DNA of 64,000 bases from an uncultured delta proteobacterium (GTDB lineage: Bacteria > Desulfobacterota > Binatia > UBA9968), in NCBI GenBank assembly GCA_963771465.1, contig CAVYTU010000009.1, forward strand, positions 192,001 through 256,000. The letters run 5' to 3'. The notes under the pieces are model-generated. The model was not told the origin of the DNA, searched no databases, and saw only the letters and a list, made by a program, of their open reading frames with translations. The position numbers were made by a program, and so were the translations under genes. Shown here piece after piece: positions 19,340 through 29,642 of this stretch (its first letter is position 1; each line of letters begins with the position of its first letter).

Positions 19340-19858
19340 ATGAACGCTGTGAGTGAAAATGGATCGATGCGCAATAATCAAAGAGGTCAGGGAATCGTCG
19401 AGATTTCGCTCATTACTCCGCTCTTGCTGATTGCGTTGTATATACCCGTCGATTTCGGTGTGTCGTTTTTTATGGGTAACCTGATTCAGACTGCGGCTCG
19501 GGAGGGGGCGCGCATCGGCAGCGGACTTCAAAAGAGCGGCAACGTTCCCAACCTAATCTTTAGCTCGGCTGAAGCCGATACGGTGAAAACAGAAGTCATT
19601 AGCCGATTGCCAGCCTACCTGACAAACAAGACCGTCACGGTGACATTTTACACGGGAACGGCCTGTATGGAATTTGTCGAAGTGAAGGCACAGGGTCAAT
19701 ACAAATTTTTCATGTATCAGTTAATACGATTGTTTGGCGGTAGCGCTCCAAACACTCTGACGATCTCTCGGGGAACGCAAATGCACTACAAATATCAGCC
19801 CTACATAAATAATAATTATTGCACGACTCCGACCAGTTACGGACCCTATTCCGCTTAG
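19340..19858 (+). CDS. TadE/TadF-like pseudopilin
   Basis: RGQGIVEISL and AAREGAR motifs. Confidence 0.88.
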   Translation: MNAVSENGSMRNNQRGQGIVEISLITPLLLIALYIPVDFGVSFFMGNLIQTAAREGARIGSGLQKSGNVPNLIFSSAEADTVKTEVISRLPAYLTNKTVTVTFYTGTACMEFVEVKAQGQYKFFMYQLIRLFGGSAPNTLTISRGTQMHYKYQPYINNNYCTTPTSYGPYSA

Positions 19859-19874
19859 GTCAATGGAGGCTTAT

Positions 19875-20903
19875 ATGCAGCCGTTAAAAAATCAACAAGG
19901 CTATGCGCTCGTCTTCATGACTCTGATGATTGTTTTGCTCTTGATCATGGTCGGCATGGGATTAGACACAGGACATCTGGCCTATGTGCGATCTCAGGGT
20001 CAGCCGGCCGTGGATGCGGCGGCGCTGGCTGCCGCATCGGCAATCCCGAGTGGAAACTGGTCGACAGTTACAGACCGAGCGGCAAAGTTTAACCCCGGCG
20101 GAACAAATCCCGGCACCGGAAACAATTATCTCGACAGTCCTAACAATCAAATCGATCAAAAGAACGTGACCCTGGTGAAATTTGACAACGGGACCGGGGA
20201 ATTTACCACAACAGGAGTCAACATCAACAATGCCAACGGAGCTCGAGTGGCATTAGAAAATACCAATCCATATGGCGGGAGCGCTGCGAAAGCGATGAAA
20301 TCCCCGCTGTTCTTGACGCCACTGCTCAATTTGTTTGGGCAAGCCAGCAAGACGACAGCCGATGTGAGCGTCAGCGCCGTGGCTGTGAACCAAGCGCTTC
20401 CCGGACTTCCCATCGTCGTCGTGGAAGGTCTCTGCAAAGGCCCGAATGTGACTGTAATTTTGGATTTCCAGTCGGGAGGCAATAGCACCGCCGGCTGGGA
20501 AACTTATCAAATCGACAACGCCAGCACCTCTGAGGTTCGCGCCCTCTTCGAAAAGCTGCCTTACTGCGCGGGCCAGCCCGCAATCGATGTTGGCTATTGT
20601 GGAAATGTCGCAAACGGTGTGAACGAAACGATTGCTAATGGGCACCTAAAGCCGATGTTCGAAGCCGACCCGAATCGTTGCTACTTGATTCCAGTGATAA
20701 AAAATGGCGGCAACTTAACCCAGTGCCAGTCGATCACAGATTGGGCCAGCTTTTGCCCCGACAAAGGCAATAACACCAAGGACGCATTCCCGGGGCCGGG
20801 TAAGCTCCAGGGAACGGTTACTTGCGGCCAGAGTGTTTTCGAGTCAAGAGACAGTCTATGTTACGTTCAGCGCCTGGTTCGAGACAAAACGTCTGGGATG
20901 TAA
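19875..20903 (+). CDS. TadG-like pilus assembly/tip protein with Cys-rich C-terminal domain
   Basis: QGYALVF TM, D.G......Q.AVDAAALAAA Tad motif; GGAGG RBS before ATG at 19875. Confidence 0.82.
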   Translation: MQPLKNQQGYALVFMTLMIVLLLIMVGMGLDTGHLAYVRSQGQPAVDAAALAAASAIPSGNWSTVTDRAAKFNPGGTNPGTGNNYLDSPNNQIDQKNVTLVKFDNGTGEFTTTGVNINNANGARVALENTNPYGGSAAKAMKSPLFLTPLLNLFGQASKTTADVSVSAVAVNQALPGLPIVVVEGLCKGPNVTVILDFQSGGNSTAGWETYQIDNASTSEVRALFEKLPYCAGQPAIDVGYCGNVANGVNETIANGHLKPMFEADPNRCYLIPVIKNGGNLTQCQSITDWASFCPDKGNNTKDAFPGPGKLQGTVTCGQSVFESRDSLCYVQRLVRDKTSGM

Positions 20904-21037
20904 TTGGGATGACCTAAAACGGTCGGAGATTTTCCATGTTCATCTCAGCCGACCACGCGACTTCGTTGACGACTCGAGCCCGAGTTATTTCTCAAGGATA
21001 ATTACCCAATCTGCACTAGCCTGCGTTTGAACACTCA

Positions 21038-24000
21038 TTAATAGCGCTTATGCCAAATCAGATCGATGCCTTTAGAACCGGTGCTGCTGGTCGAGCTGCC
21101 GAGCTTCCAATCGGGGGCGATTTGATATTCCACCTCGACCTCTTGACCGTGCTCGCCGGAGAGCTGTTGCGACACCGAGACGTAGGTCTTGCTCCCTAAG
21201 TAGCGGCTGAAACCGACCTGGCCGCCGGAAAAATCGATCTCGCGGATATCCACGCCCAAACTGTCCAATCCCAGCGCCTCGGAAACCGAATTGGCGATCC
21301 GGCCGGCGACGTAGCCGGTGGTGATGCCGATGGCGCTTTTTTGCAAAGCGCCTTGCTCGTTTTGATTCAATGCATTGATCGGCCTGCCAAAAATCAGCAA
21401 CGCCAAAATATCCGCCTGCTCCAAGCGCGGTTGACTCGCGAGCGTGAGCGTCGGTTTTTCCACCGTGCCGTTGATCGTCGCGTCGACCTGGTATTCCGGC
21501 AGCCGATACCTGGCGATGATGTTCAGTGACGGATTGATCTTGTCGCCGCCGGTGAATTGGATGGCGCTGCGTTCCAGTTCAAATCTTCGGCCCTGAAACG
21601 CGAACCAGCCTCTAACAATGTCGACGCGGCCGGTCAGGTCGAGCTCCCGCTGCGGCGCTTTGGTCGCATGAACATCACCCGACAGCTCGGCCAGCAAGTC
21701 CGGATGTCTGATCCAAACGTTGCGCGCTGCCCGCACCGTCAGATCGACGCTAACCGCCTTGACGAAATCGTTGTCGCTCGACGCCTTCTTCTCTTGTCCC
21801 TGCGCCCCGCGTCCGGCGCCGTTGTTGACGATCACGATGGTTTCATCGCGTTTGAACGGCACCTTGCTCTGTTCGAGAAATGCCAGATCGGGACGGAGCG
21901 TTCCCTCGATCACGGTGACCTGACCCTTGATCCTGGGCGCGCTGACGGCACCTTCGATATTGACGTCGCCGTCGATTTTCACTTGATGGCGTGCGGTTTG
22001 GATCGCCGGCCAACTCCGGGCGGTGAGCATGAGCTTGACCGCGCCGATGTCGTAGTTCTTCAAGGCCAGAGCACCGCTGCCGCGAATCTCGCCCTCCTTG
22101 GCTGTCGCCGAGAACTCACGCAGGGTTAAATTGCGCGAATCCAAATCACCCGCCGCCGCTATGGTATGAATTTCCACGCCCAGTGGAATCGCTTTGAGCT
22201 TGCCATCGCGTAGTCGAAACGTGCCGCGCAGGTCGGGCTGCTTGACCGAGCCGCGCGCCTGGACATCGAGGCTGAGCTCGCCGGCGATGTTTTCGACGGA
22301 TTTGCCGCCAAAGGCGTTGAGAAAAGCGAGACCGATACCCGAACTTTGCAGCCGCAGCGCCATGCCGTCGGCGAAATCGGCGCGCCAGCCGTCGCTCCAG
22401 CTCAAATGCAGCGGCACCGTGCCGTCGCCCTTGAGTGCATGCGCCGCGTCTTGTTGTACGGTCAAACGCAATGTTGCTTTACGCTCTCTGTAGTCGATAT
22501 CGGCAAGCGCTCCGGCATAAGCGTGTCCGGCAAAGGATGCGTCGCTCAGGCGCGCTGACGCGGTCACTTCCGGAGCGGCGGCGGTGCCGGCGATCCGCGC
22601 TTTCACCGCGAGCAAGCCGGTTACGTTGGGTGGCTCGGTGACCAATGCCGCCAGCGTATCCAACGGCAAGCTCTCAATGCTTAAATTCAGATCCTGTTTG
22701 CCGGAGAGAGCGAAACGGCCGTTGAGCGCGAGCTCGCGGGCTCCGTTTTTGAGCGCGAGCTGTTCTATTAAAAAGACCTTGTCGCGCCAGCTGACCGTCG
22801 CCGGGTTGCTGAGCTTCCATGCTCCGTCCGGCGCACTTAGGGACGCCTGGCTTAAACGCAACACGGCAGTGTCGCGGCCGAAATCGAGTGTACCGCTCAA
22901 ACCGTGACGTCGGTCGCGTTGATCGAGCGCCGTCACCTCAAATGCCATCGAATCAGGCGACTCGCGCGCCAGCTTGGCGCTAGCGTCGATCCGCCGCAAT
23001 GCCAACCCGGCGTCAACTTCGGCAAGCTGCGCGGTGAGTGTGCCCACGGGCAAAGTCCGGTTCTGCACGCGCTGCAGCGTGAACTTGAGATTGCCATTCT
23101 TAGCGGACATGTTATCGACGCGCACAGCGAACAACCGCGCGGTCCCTTGGGTTTGCACCTCGGCGAAACTACCCTGCGCTTGTCCCGAGAGTTCCACCGC
23201 GCCCGCGCCTTTGCGATCGACCAGCGCCAACCACGGGGAAAGATTTCCCACTCGCAAACGGTAATCGAGCTTACCAGCGACCTTGGCATCCATGCCGAGT
23301 TCGCCATTGACAGAAAGCGTGGACTCCGGCGTGCTCAGGGTGGCGCGTGCAATACGAATTACTTTATTGTTTAACGCCGCGTTCAACTCGCCCTGTTTGA
23401 TCTCGACCGGGCCGAGGGACGACGGCGAGATTCGCAGATCCGCGCGCGTCTCCATATTGGCGAAACTTTTGCCGGCGCCTTTCACCGTGCCTTGAAAATT
23501 TAGCTTACCTTGAAGCGCCTTGCCACCGCCGGCGGTTTTTTGAATATCGAGATCCTTGACGCTCAACGCCACATCGTAACTTGGCCGTTTTTCATCGAGG
23601 ACGATTTTACCGGACCAAGTGGCGTGGCCCAGATTGCTTTTGAGCCGTCCGTCGACCGCCGCAACGCCGCGTTCGAGCCCGCCTTGCAGAGACACCACGC
23701 CGAGCGTCCAGCCCTGCGCCTCAGCGGAGCGAATTTCCAGGCGCGCCTTCCCCGTGGTGCCTTGCAGCGCAAAGCCGGTGCCGCTCGCCTCCATCGTGCC
23801 GCTCATGACGCCGGCGATATTTTTCCCTTCAAGCCACTGGCGCAAATTAACATCACTCAGCGTCATGGTCGCCGAATATTTCGGTTGCTCGGCAGTAACA
23901 TCCGCCTGAAAGCTACCGGTCACCCGCGCGCCCGCCGCCGCGAGCTGAAGTTTTCCCTTGAGCGCATCGAAGGCGCCGTCGACCTGCAGCGTTCCCGTCA

Positions 24001-24832
24001 GGTCACGTTTGAGCGGCGAGTTGGCGACGAAGTAAGCGATGTCGGCCGGCGCGAGCTTGACCAGTTCGAGCTGGGCGTTGATTTTGGCGTGGTCACCGGT
24101 CTCGAGCTGGCCATTCAATTTGACTTGCGAAGCGCGGCTCACGGCCCAAACATTTTTCAGTTTAAGCAGCGCCGGCCGTGTCTCGTCTTGCCGATACTCC
24201 ATCGCGCCCTTGAGATTGAGCTCGGGTCGCCCCTGGGCAATCAGCCCCGACGACAATGCGCGCAAGTCGACGTTCAGCGCTGCCGGAAAAATTTCCACGC
24301 CGCCCTCAAGATTCAAGCGCTCCAGTCGATAAACCTGGCGTTCAGCGGCAAGTTTAAGATCGAGATTGCCGTCCTGTAATCTGAGCGAGCGGACGTACGT
24401 TAATAATCGCATTTTTGACGGCGGCTCGGGTTGGCGCGGCGAGACCGCCTCGACCACGTTCCATTTTCCCTCGCGGTTCTGACTCAAACGCACCCGTGGC
24501 TGCGCAGCATCGATCACCGCTATGCGGACTTCGTTCCAAAGTAACGGGAGCAACGAAAAGGAAACATCGAGCCGGGGAACTTGCACAATCTCGTCGCCTT
24601 CGTAGCGGAGCGACACTCCATAGAGGGTCAGATGGCGCCACACCGAGCCCTCCAAACGGTCGACGGTCAGCGCGCCGCGGATCGAATTGTTGACGGCGCT
24701 GATCCCTTCCTCACGCACCCAACGTTGGAAATTTTCCGTGCGCGTATATAGCGCGGCGCCGAGAACAAGCGTGAAGAGCAGCACCGCGCCGCCAAGCAGG
24801 AACCACTTTATAATGCGGTGCAACTTACCCAT
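21038..24832 (-). CDS. tamB: Translocation and assembly module TamB
   Basis: N-terminal TM anchor, long beta-taco repeats, DUF490-like C-terminus (L.SQP.LEQADILALLIFG; VEYQI...W). Confidence 0.9.
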   Translation of the reverse strand: MGKLHRIIKWFLLGGAVLLFTLVLGAALYTRTENFQRWVREEGISAVNNSIRGALTVDRLEGSVWRHLTLYGVSLRYEGDEIVQVPRLDVSFSLLPLLWNEVRIAVIDAAQPRVRLSQNREGKWNVVEAVSPRQPEPPSKMRLLTYVRSLRLQDGNLDLKLAAERQVYRLERLNLEGGVEIFPAALNVDLRALSSGLIAQGRPELNLKGAMEYRQDETRPALLKLKNVWAVSRASQVKLNGQLETGDHAKINAQLELVKLAPADIAYFVANSPLKRDLTGTLQVDGAFDALKGKLQLAAAGARVTGSFQADVTAEQPKYSATMTLSDVNLRQWLEGKNIAGVMSGTMEASGTGFALQGTTGKARLEIRSAEAQGWTLGVVSLQGGLERGVAAVDGRLKSNLGHATWSGKIVLDEKRPSYDVALSVKDLDIQKTAGGGKALQGKLNFQGTVKGAGKSFANMETRADLRISPSSLGPVEIKQGELNAALNNKVIRIARATLSTPESTLSVNGELGMDAKVAGKLDYRLRVGNLSPWLALVDRKGAGAVELSGQAQGSFAEVQTQGTARLFAVRVDNMSAKNGNLKFTLQRVQNRTLPVGTLTAQLAEVDAGLALRRIDASAKLARESPDSMAFEVTALDQRDRRHGLSGTLDFGRDTAVLRLSQASLSAPDGAWKLSNPATVSWRDKVFLIEQLALKNGARELALNGRFALSGKQDLNLSIESLPLDTLAALVTEPPNVTGLLAVKARIAGTAAAPEVTASARLSDASFAGHAYAGALADIDYRERKATLRLTVQQDAAHALKGDGTVPLHLSWSDGWRADFADGMALRLQSSGIGLAFLNAFGGKSVENIAGELSLDVQARGSVKQPDLRGTFRLRDGKLKAIPLGVEIHTIAAAGDLDSRNLTLREFSATAKEGEIRGSGALALKNYDIGAVKLMLTARSWPAIQTARHQVKIDGDVNIEGAVSAPRIKGQVTVIEGTLRPDLAFLEQSKVPFKRDETIVIVNNGAGRGAQGQEKKASSDNDFVKAVSVDLTVRAARNVWIRHPDLLAELSGDVHATKAPQRELDLTGRVDIVRGWFAFQGRRFELERSAIQFTGGDKINPSLNIIARYRLPEYQVDATINGTVEKPTLTLASQPRLEQADILALLIFGRPINALNQNEQGALQKSAIGITTGYVAGRIANSVSEALGLDSLGVDIREIDFSGGQVGFSRYLGSKTYVSVSQQLSGEHGQEVEVEYQIAPDWKLGSSTSSTGSKGIDLIWHKRY

Positions 24833-24835
24833 GGC

Positions 24836-26671
24836 CTAAAAGAACGCTCCAACACTGAAGTGAATCTGCCAGGACCGTTCCCCACGGGGTGGTTTGAACG
24901 GGAAGCCGATATCCAATCGCAAAGGTCCCACAGGCGTCGCGTAGCTTACGCCGAAGCCGCTGGAAAATTGCAGATCGCCGACCGGAATGTCGAAACGCCG
25001 GGTCGACACCTGGCCAAAGTCGATAAACAGCGCGCCGTTGAGTTCCCGCCAGATCGGCCGGCGCAGTTCGAGGGAACCTTCAATCAGACTGAGTCCGCCC
25101 AAAGGATCGTTGCTCGTGGTTACCGGACCGAGCCGGCGCCGGGCATAACCACGCACGCTTTTTTCTCCCCCCGAATAGAAGCGTTCGAAGAGTGGAAGAT
25201 TCTTGTTGGCGCCGATGGCGTCAGCCACGCCAAGCTTCAGTCGGCTGGCGAAAACCGTCTGCCAACCGATGTCGAAATATTTTTTTCCCTCCGCGGTGAT
25301 TTTGTAAAAGCTGTATTGGCCGCCCCAAATCGCCCCGACCTGGTCCAGGGTCAAAGAAACGGTCTCGCCTTTCTTCGGGTTAAACGGATCGTCCGAAGTG
25401 TTCCACACCAGACCGACCGTGGGTCCGGACAGCACACCGGAGCGGCGCACCCCGCCAAGGCTTTGCACCGTGGCGGCAGCGATGTCGTTCAATTTATCGT
25501 ACTCCACCCGATAACCGATGAAGCCGGTCAGAGTCGGCGAGAATCGATGCTCCAAGCGCGGCATGAAGCGAGTTACGTTGCGCAGATAGGTTTCTTCGTC
25601 TTCCTGTTCATGCTTGAGTTCTGCCGTTCCTCGAGTGTCACGGGTTAGAAAATGAGGCTGAAGGAAATTGATCGACCCCGCCACCGAGATCGATGAATAC
25701 TTGGCGAGTACGGATAAATGTCTACCGCCACCGAGCCAATTCAAATGGCGCCATTCGAATTGACTGCGAAACTGTTCTTCGGTGCCGTAGCCGACGCCGA
25801 TCTTGATCTCGCGATGGGGTTTTTCCGCGACCTCTACCTCCATCGGCACAATCACCGGCGTACCTGTGGTATTCTCCGGGCCGACTTTGACGCTGCTGAA
25901 TAGATCTAAGGCGAGCAGTTTGTCGCGCGTTTCAACTACTTTTTTTAGTGAATAAGTTTCACCGGCTTTATAAACTACCTCCCTCGAGATGACTTCCGGC
26001 TCCACCGTTGCCGCGCCCTTGATCTCCGTGTCACCGAATTGCGCCAGCGGTCCCGCCTGAATCGAATAACCGATCTGCGCTTGTCTCTCCTCCAGATCGA
26101 CTTCCGCTTTACGCTCGGTCTTGACGTGCGCATAACCCTCGTTAGCGAGAAAAGCGCGCAAGAGTTGTTCGGTTTTTTGGTACTCGGCCTCGTTGAAGAT
26201 ATCGCCGCGTTTGAGCGGCAGGGTTTCGGGCAAAGGCGGCGGACTTTGGGTCTGCCCTTCGGCGCGCACTTCAACGTCAATCGCTGCAACGAAAACCGGC
26301 TCGCTCTCGCGGATGTCGAACCGAATCGCGACCAGGCTGTCCTCCGTGTTGGGGTTCAGATCATAAGTGACGTCGGTGCTGTAGTAACCCCGCGACTCGT
26401 AAAACCGCCGCAGCCGTTCAAGATCGGTCTCGAAACTTACCGGATCGAACGCCGGCCGATCCTCCCAAAAGCGATACCAAGGCCGCTCCTTGGTAACGAT
26501 TCCGGCGCTCAGTTCATCGCCGGCAAATAGTTTGTTGCCGAAGAATTCGATCCGCTGCACGCGCCATTGGCGCGCGGGATCGAGAGCATCCAGCAGAACA
26601 GCGCAAGCTGTGTGCGGAAAAGTTGAAAATGCCGCCAGCATCGCAATATACACCGTGCAGACGCGCCTCAC
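24836..26671 (-). CDS. tamA: Omp85 family outer membrane protein TamA
   Basis: POTRA repeats, ERFYSGG..SVRGY, TPVGPLRLD, terminal F; adjacent to tamB. Confidence 0.88.
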   Translation of the reverse strand: MRRVCTVYIAMLAAFSTFPHTACAVLLDALDPARQWRVQRIEFFGNKLFAGDELSAGIVTKERPWYRFWEDRPAFDPVSFETDLERLRRFYESRGYYSTDVTYDLNPNTEDSLVAIRFDIRESEPVFVAAIDVEVRAEGQTQSPPPLPETLPLKRGDIFNEAEYQKTEQLLRAFLANEGYAHVKTERKAEVDLEERQAQIGYSIQAGPLAQFGDTEIKGAATVEPEVISREVVYKAGETYSLKKVVETRDKLLALDLFSSVKVGPENTTGTPVIVPMEVEVAEKPHREIKIGVGYGTEEQFRSQFEWRHLNWLGGGRHLSVLAKYSSISVAGSINFLQPHFLTRDTRGTAELKHEQEDEETYLRNVTRFMPRLEHRFSPTLTGFIGYRVEYDKLNDIAAATVQSLGGVRRSGVLSGPTVGLVWNTSDDPFNPKKGETVSLTLDQVGAIWGGQYSFYKITAEGKKYFDIGWQTVFASRLKLGVADAIGANKNLPLFERFYSGGEKSVRGYARRRLGPVTTSNDPLGGLSLIEGSLELRRPIWRELNGALFIDFGQVSTRRFDIPVGDLQFSSGFGVSYATPVGPLRLDIGFPFKPPRGERSWQIHFSVGAFF

Positions 26672-26856
26672 TATTCATTTTTATCATCCAGGACGGGTCA
26701 AAGTAATACGTTATCGGGAAAAAATTGCGAGGTTATTAGATGGAATGAGCCAATGGACGATGGCGTGAGACTCGGCCAAAGTTGCCAACTGTCGGCATTA
26801 GCGATTCGGTCGATCCAAACACTATACAGAATACAGAGCGTCGACGGCGGATGATT

Positions 26857-27504
26857 TCAACCAGCGAATAGCAAGCCCACGGCGCCGCTGACGATCGCGA
26901 GGTAGATCCCCAATAGCAGCAGTGTAATCAGCAAATTTCTTTTCCAATGATCGCTCAGAGCGATGCCGAATGGCAGTCCGGTGAGAAAGCCGATGATATG
27001 AGCAACGTAGGCGATGTGCGGGTCGTAGCCGGGTATGCGGCTTTTTTCATAGACCACGACGACGTTGTAGAGAAAGTAGATGATCGCGAGCAGTCCTTGC
27101 GGCGCGAGGAAAAGCCAGGAGAACTTGAGCGGTCTGACCAGCATGACGCAGCCTGCCAGAGCGAAGATCGCAGCCGAGGCGCCGAGCATTCCGGTGCCAC
27201 GCGGTAAGTAGATAACACCGAGAATGAAACTGGTGAAGCCGCCGGTAAAGAAGGTCAGCAGCAGCTTGCGCGCGCCGACGGTTTTTTCCAATGTATTGCC
27301 GAAGACGAATAGAAACAGCATGTTGCCGAACAGATGTAAGACGCTGGCATGGATAAACAGGGCCGCGACCAGCGTCCAGACTTTGCCCTTTTGAAGGTTT
27401 TTCAGACTGAAGATTAGATTGTTTTCGGCAAACGCCGGGTCCTGTTGCCATGCCCAAAGGCTCGCCGCGAGGCATGCGAGTATCAGCAGTGTATTGGTCT
27501 TCAA
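26857..27504 (-). CDS. Rhomboid intramembrane serine protease
   Basis: H..HLFGNM, GASAA and AHIIG motifs. Confidence 0.9.
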   Translation of the reverse strand: MKTNTLLILACLAASLWAWQQDPAFAENNLIFSLKNLQKGKVWTLVAALFIHASVLHLFGNMLFLFVFGNTLEKTVGARKLLLTFFTGGFTSFILGVIYLPRGTGMLGASAAIFALAGCVMLVRPLKFSWLFLAPQGLLAIIYFLYNVVVVYEKSRIPGYDPHIAYVAHIIGFLTGLPFGIALSDHWKRNLLITLLLLGIYLAIVSGAVGLLFAG

Positions 27505-27850
27505 GAAATTGCCCGTTGGGGTTTGCTGATCTATCCGACCTTAGCACAAAAATGGGATTGCATGGCGGTCATGGCTATGGCGTTCGAAATCGGCTGAGAT
27601 CATCGTTGCGATCAAACGCTCATCGAGAGCTAGCGTTAACGCAATTAAATTCTCCGTTGCTCATCAGTTTTGATTCTGCTATCTCCACCTTTAAGCGTGG
27701 CTCTCACGTGATCTCGTTCGACGGATCGCTCTCATCGCAATGGGTCTGCCAACTCGAAGGTAAACGCAATCCGTTTCTCTTTCGTCTAGAAATCACCCTA
27801 CATTTAATTTTTGACCCTATGCGAATTGTTAAACAAGAAGGACTGGACAT

Positions 27851-29557
27851 ATGAGTTACGATTTGCTTTTTCGTGGCGGCCGCATCGTCGACGGCTCCGG
27901 GTTACCGCCTTACATGGGCGATATCGCGCTCAAGGATGGAAAGATCGTTGAGATCGGCCGCATACACGGCGGCGCTGTTAAGACGATAAACGTCGACGGC
28001 CTCGTCGTCGCGCCTGGATTTATCGACCATCACACCCACATGGACGGGCAGATCCAGTGGGATCCTTATGCCACCAGCGAGCCCGAGCACGGCATTACGT
28101 CGATTGTCATGGGCAACTGCGGCCTGGCGCTGGCTCCAGTGAAGACTGGAGACGAAGAAGCGCTGATAAAAAGCTTCGTTCGTGTCGAGGCAATCCCGCG
28201 CTCTGTCCTGGAGCAAGGCGTCCGTTGGGGTTGGCATTCCTACGGTGATTATCTCGACCGCTTGGAAGGTCGGTTGGGCATCAACGTCGCTGGACTCGTG
28301 GGCCACATTGCCGTGCGCCAATATGTTTTGGGCGACGCATCGACGGAGCGAGCGGCAACAACCGAAGAAGTCCAGCGCATGAAACAGTTGGTACGAGAGG
28401 CGATGGAGGGCGGCGCGATTGGCTTTTCGACCAACCGCAACGACCGTCATATGCGCGAAGACGGCAAACCGGTGCCGAGCCGGCTGGCCGAAGATGAGGA
28501 AGTGTTCCAGTTGTGCGATGCCCTTGGCGAGCTTAACGCGGGTGTTATCCAGATCAACGAGGGACAAACCAAAATCGCCAAGCACTTCGCGTTGTACGAC
28601 CACGTGGCTCGACGCACGCAGCGCCCCATCGTCTGGCAAATCTTGCGCTACATTTCCTCGCGGCCGAATCTGTGGAAAGAACAGCTCGACGCTGTGGCAG
28701 CTATTTTTCAAAGTGGACAGCGCGCCTATGGTGCTTGCAGTACGATGCCGACGGTACGCCGCTTTACTCTCAAAAACACCCAGGTGTTTGACGAGTTTCC
28801 AACCTGGAAGAACGTGTTATGCATGCCCATCGATGCCCGGCGACAGGCGCTTGCAGACCCGGAAACCCGCCGTAGATTTCGTGCTGACTTTACCGATCCG
28901 CGTCCGACGCTTTTCCACCGTCGCTGGGAATTCGTCAAGGTCGAGAAAGTGGTCAAGTCCGAGAACGAAAAATTCACCGGCAAGAGCGTTGCCGAAGTGG
29001 GAGCCATGTGTGGTGAAGATCCGTTGGACGCATTTCTCAATCTTGCGCTCGGCGAGGATCTCGAAACTGCATTCCAAAACGCCAATTCAGGCGGCGACCA
29101 GCAGGCCATGGCGGAAATTCTTCGCAGCCCCCATGTCTTGATCGGCAACTCCGATGCCGGCGCCCATGTGCAATATGGTGCGCAGTTTGGGTACGGCAGC
29201 ACACTGTTGGGCTTGTGGGTGAGGGAACGGGAAGTGATGAGCTTGGAGTTGGCGGTCCATAAGCTCACTTTTGAAGTGGCGTCCGTTTACGGTCTTGCCG
29301 GCCGGGGATTACTACAGCCAGGCTATGCGGCAGATCTTGCGATATTCGATCCTGGGAAGATCCAGTCGTGCGAACCAGAGTGGGCGCAGGATTACCCGGG
29401 CGGGACCAAGCGGCTGATCCAGCGCGCGCTGGGAATGCATTACACCGTCGTCAATGGACGAGTGATATGTGAAGACGGCCGGTTGAGCGGCGATCTTCCC
29501 GGGCGAGTTCTGCGCACGCCGGCGTACAAAGGGCAAAGCGTCGCAGTGGGTGCTTAG
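27851..29557 (+). CDS. N-acyl-D-amino-acid deacylase family amidohydrolase
   Basis: APGFIDHHTHMD, GITSIVMGNCG, SDAGAH and ADLAIFDP motifs. Confidence 0.9.
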   Translation: MSYDLLFRGGRIVDGSGLPPYMGDIALKDGKIVEIGRIHGGAVKTINVDGLVVAPGFIDHHTHMDGQIQWDPYATSEPEHGITSIVMGNCGLALAPVKTGDEEALIKSFVRVEAIPRSVLEQGVRWGWHSYGDYLDRLEGRLGINVAGLVGHIAVRQYVLGDASTERAATTEEVQRMKQLVREAMEGGAIGFSTNRNDRHMREDGKPVPSRLAEDEEVFQLCDALGELNAGVIQINEGQTKIAKHFALYDHVARRTQRPIVWQILRYISSRPNLWKEQLDAVAAIFQSGQRAYGACSTMPTVRRFTLKNTQVFDEFPTWKNVLCMPIDARRQALADPETRRRFRADFTDPRPTLFHRRWEFVKVEKVVKSENEKFTGKSVAEVGAMCGEDPLDAFLNLALGEDLETAFQNANSGGDQQAMAEILRSPHVLIGNSDAGAHVQYGAQFGYGSTLLGLWVREREVMSLELAVHKLTFEVASVYGLAGRGLLQPGYAADLAIFDPGKIQSCEPEWAQDYPGGTKRLIQRALGMHYTVVNGRVICEDGRLSGDLPGRVLRTPAYKGQSVAVGA

Positions 29558-29642
29558 CTCACTGATCGGACGAACGCTTTGAGGAATTGTCACACGGTCA
29601 TCAATGAATTGACCACGCGAACTTGACCAGGAGGAAAATTTA

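Noticed and set aside
27450-27854. 134-aa ORF upstream of the D-aminoacylase (likewise 52547-52939 upstream of carD)
   Set aside because: No motifs, and they overlap neighbouring genes and probable promoter regions.
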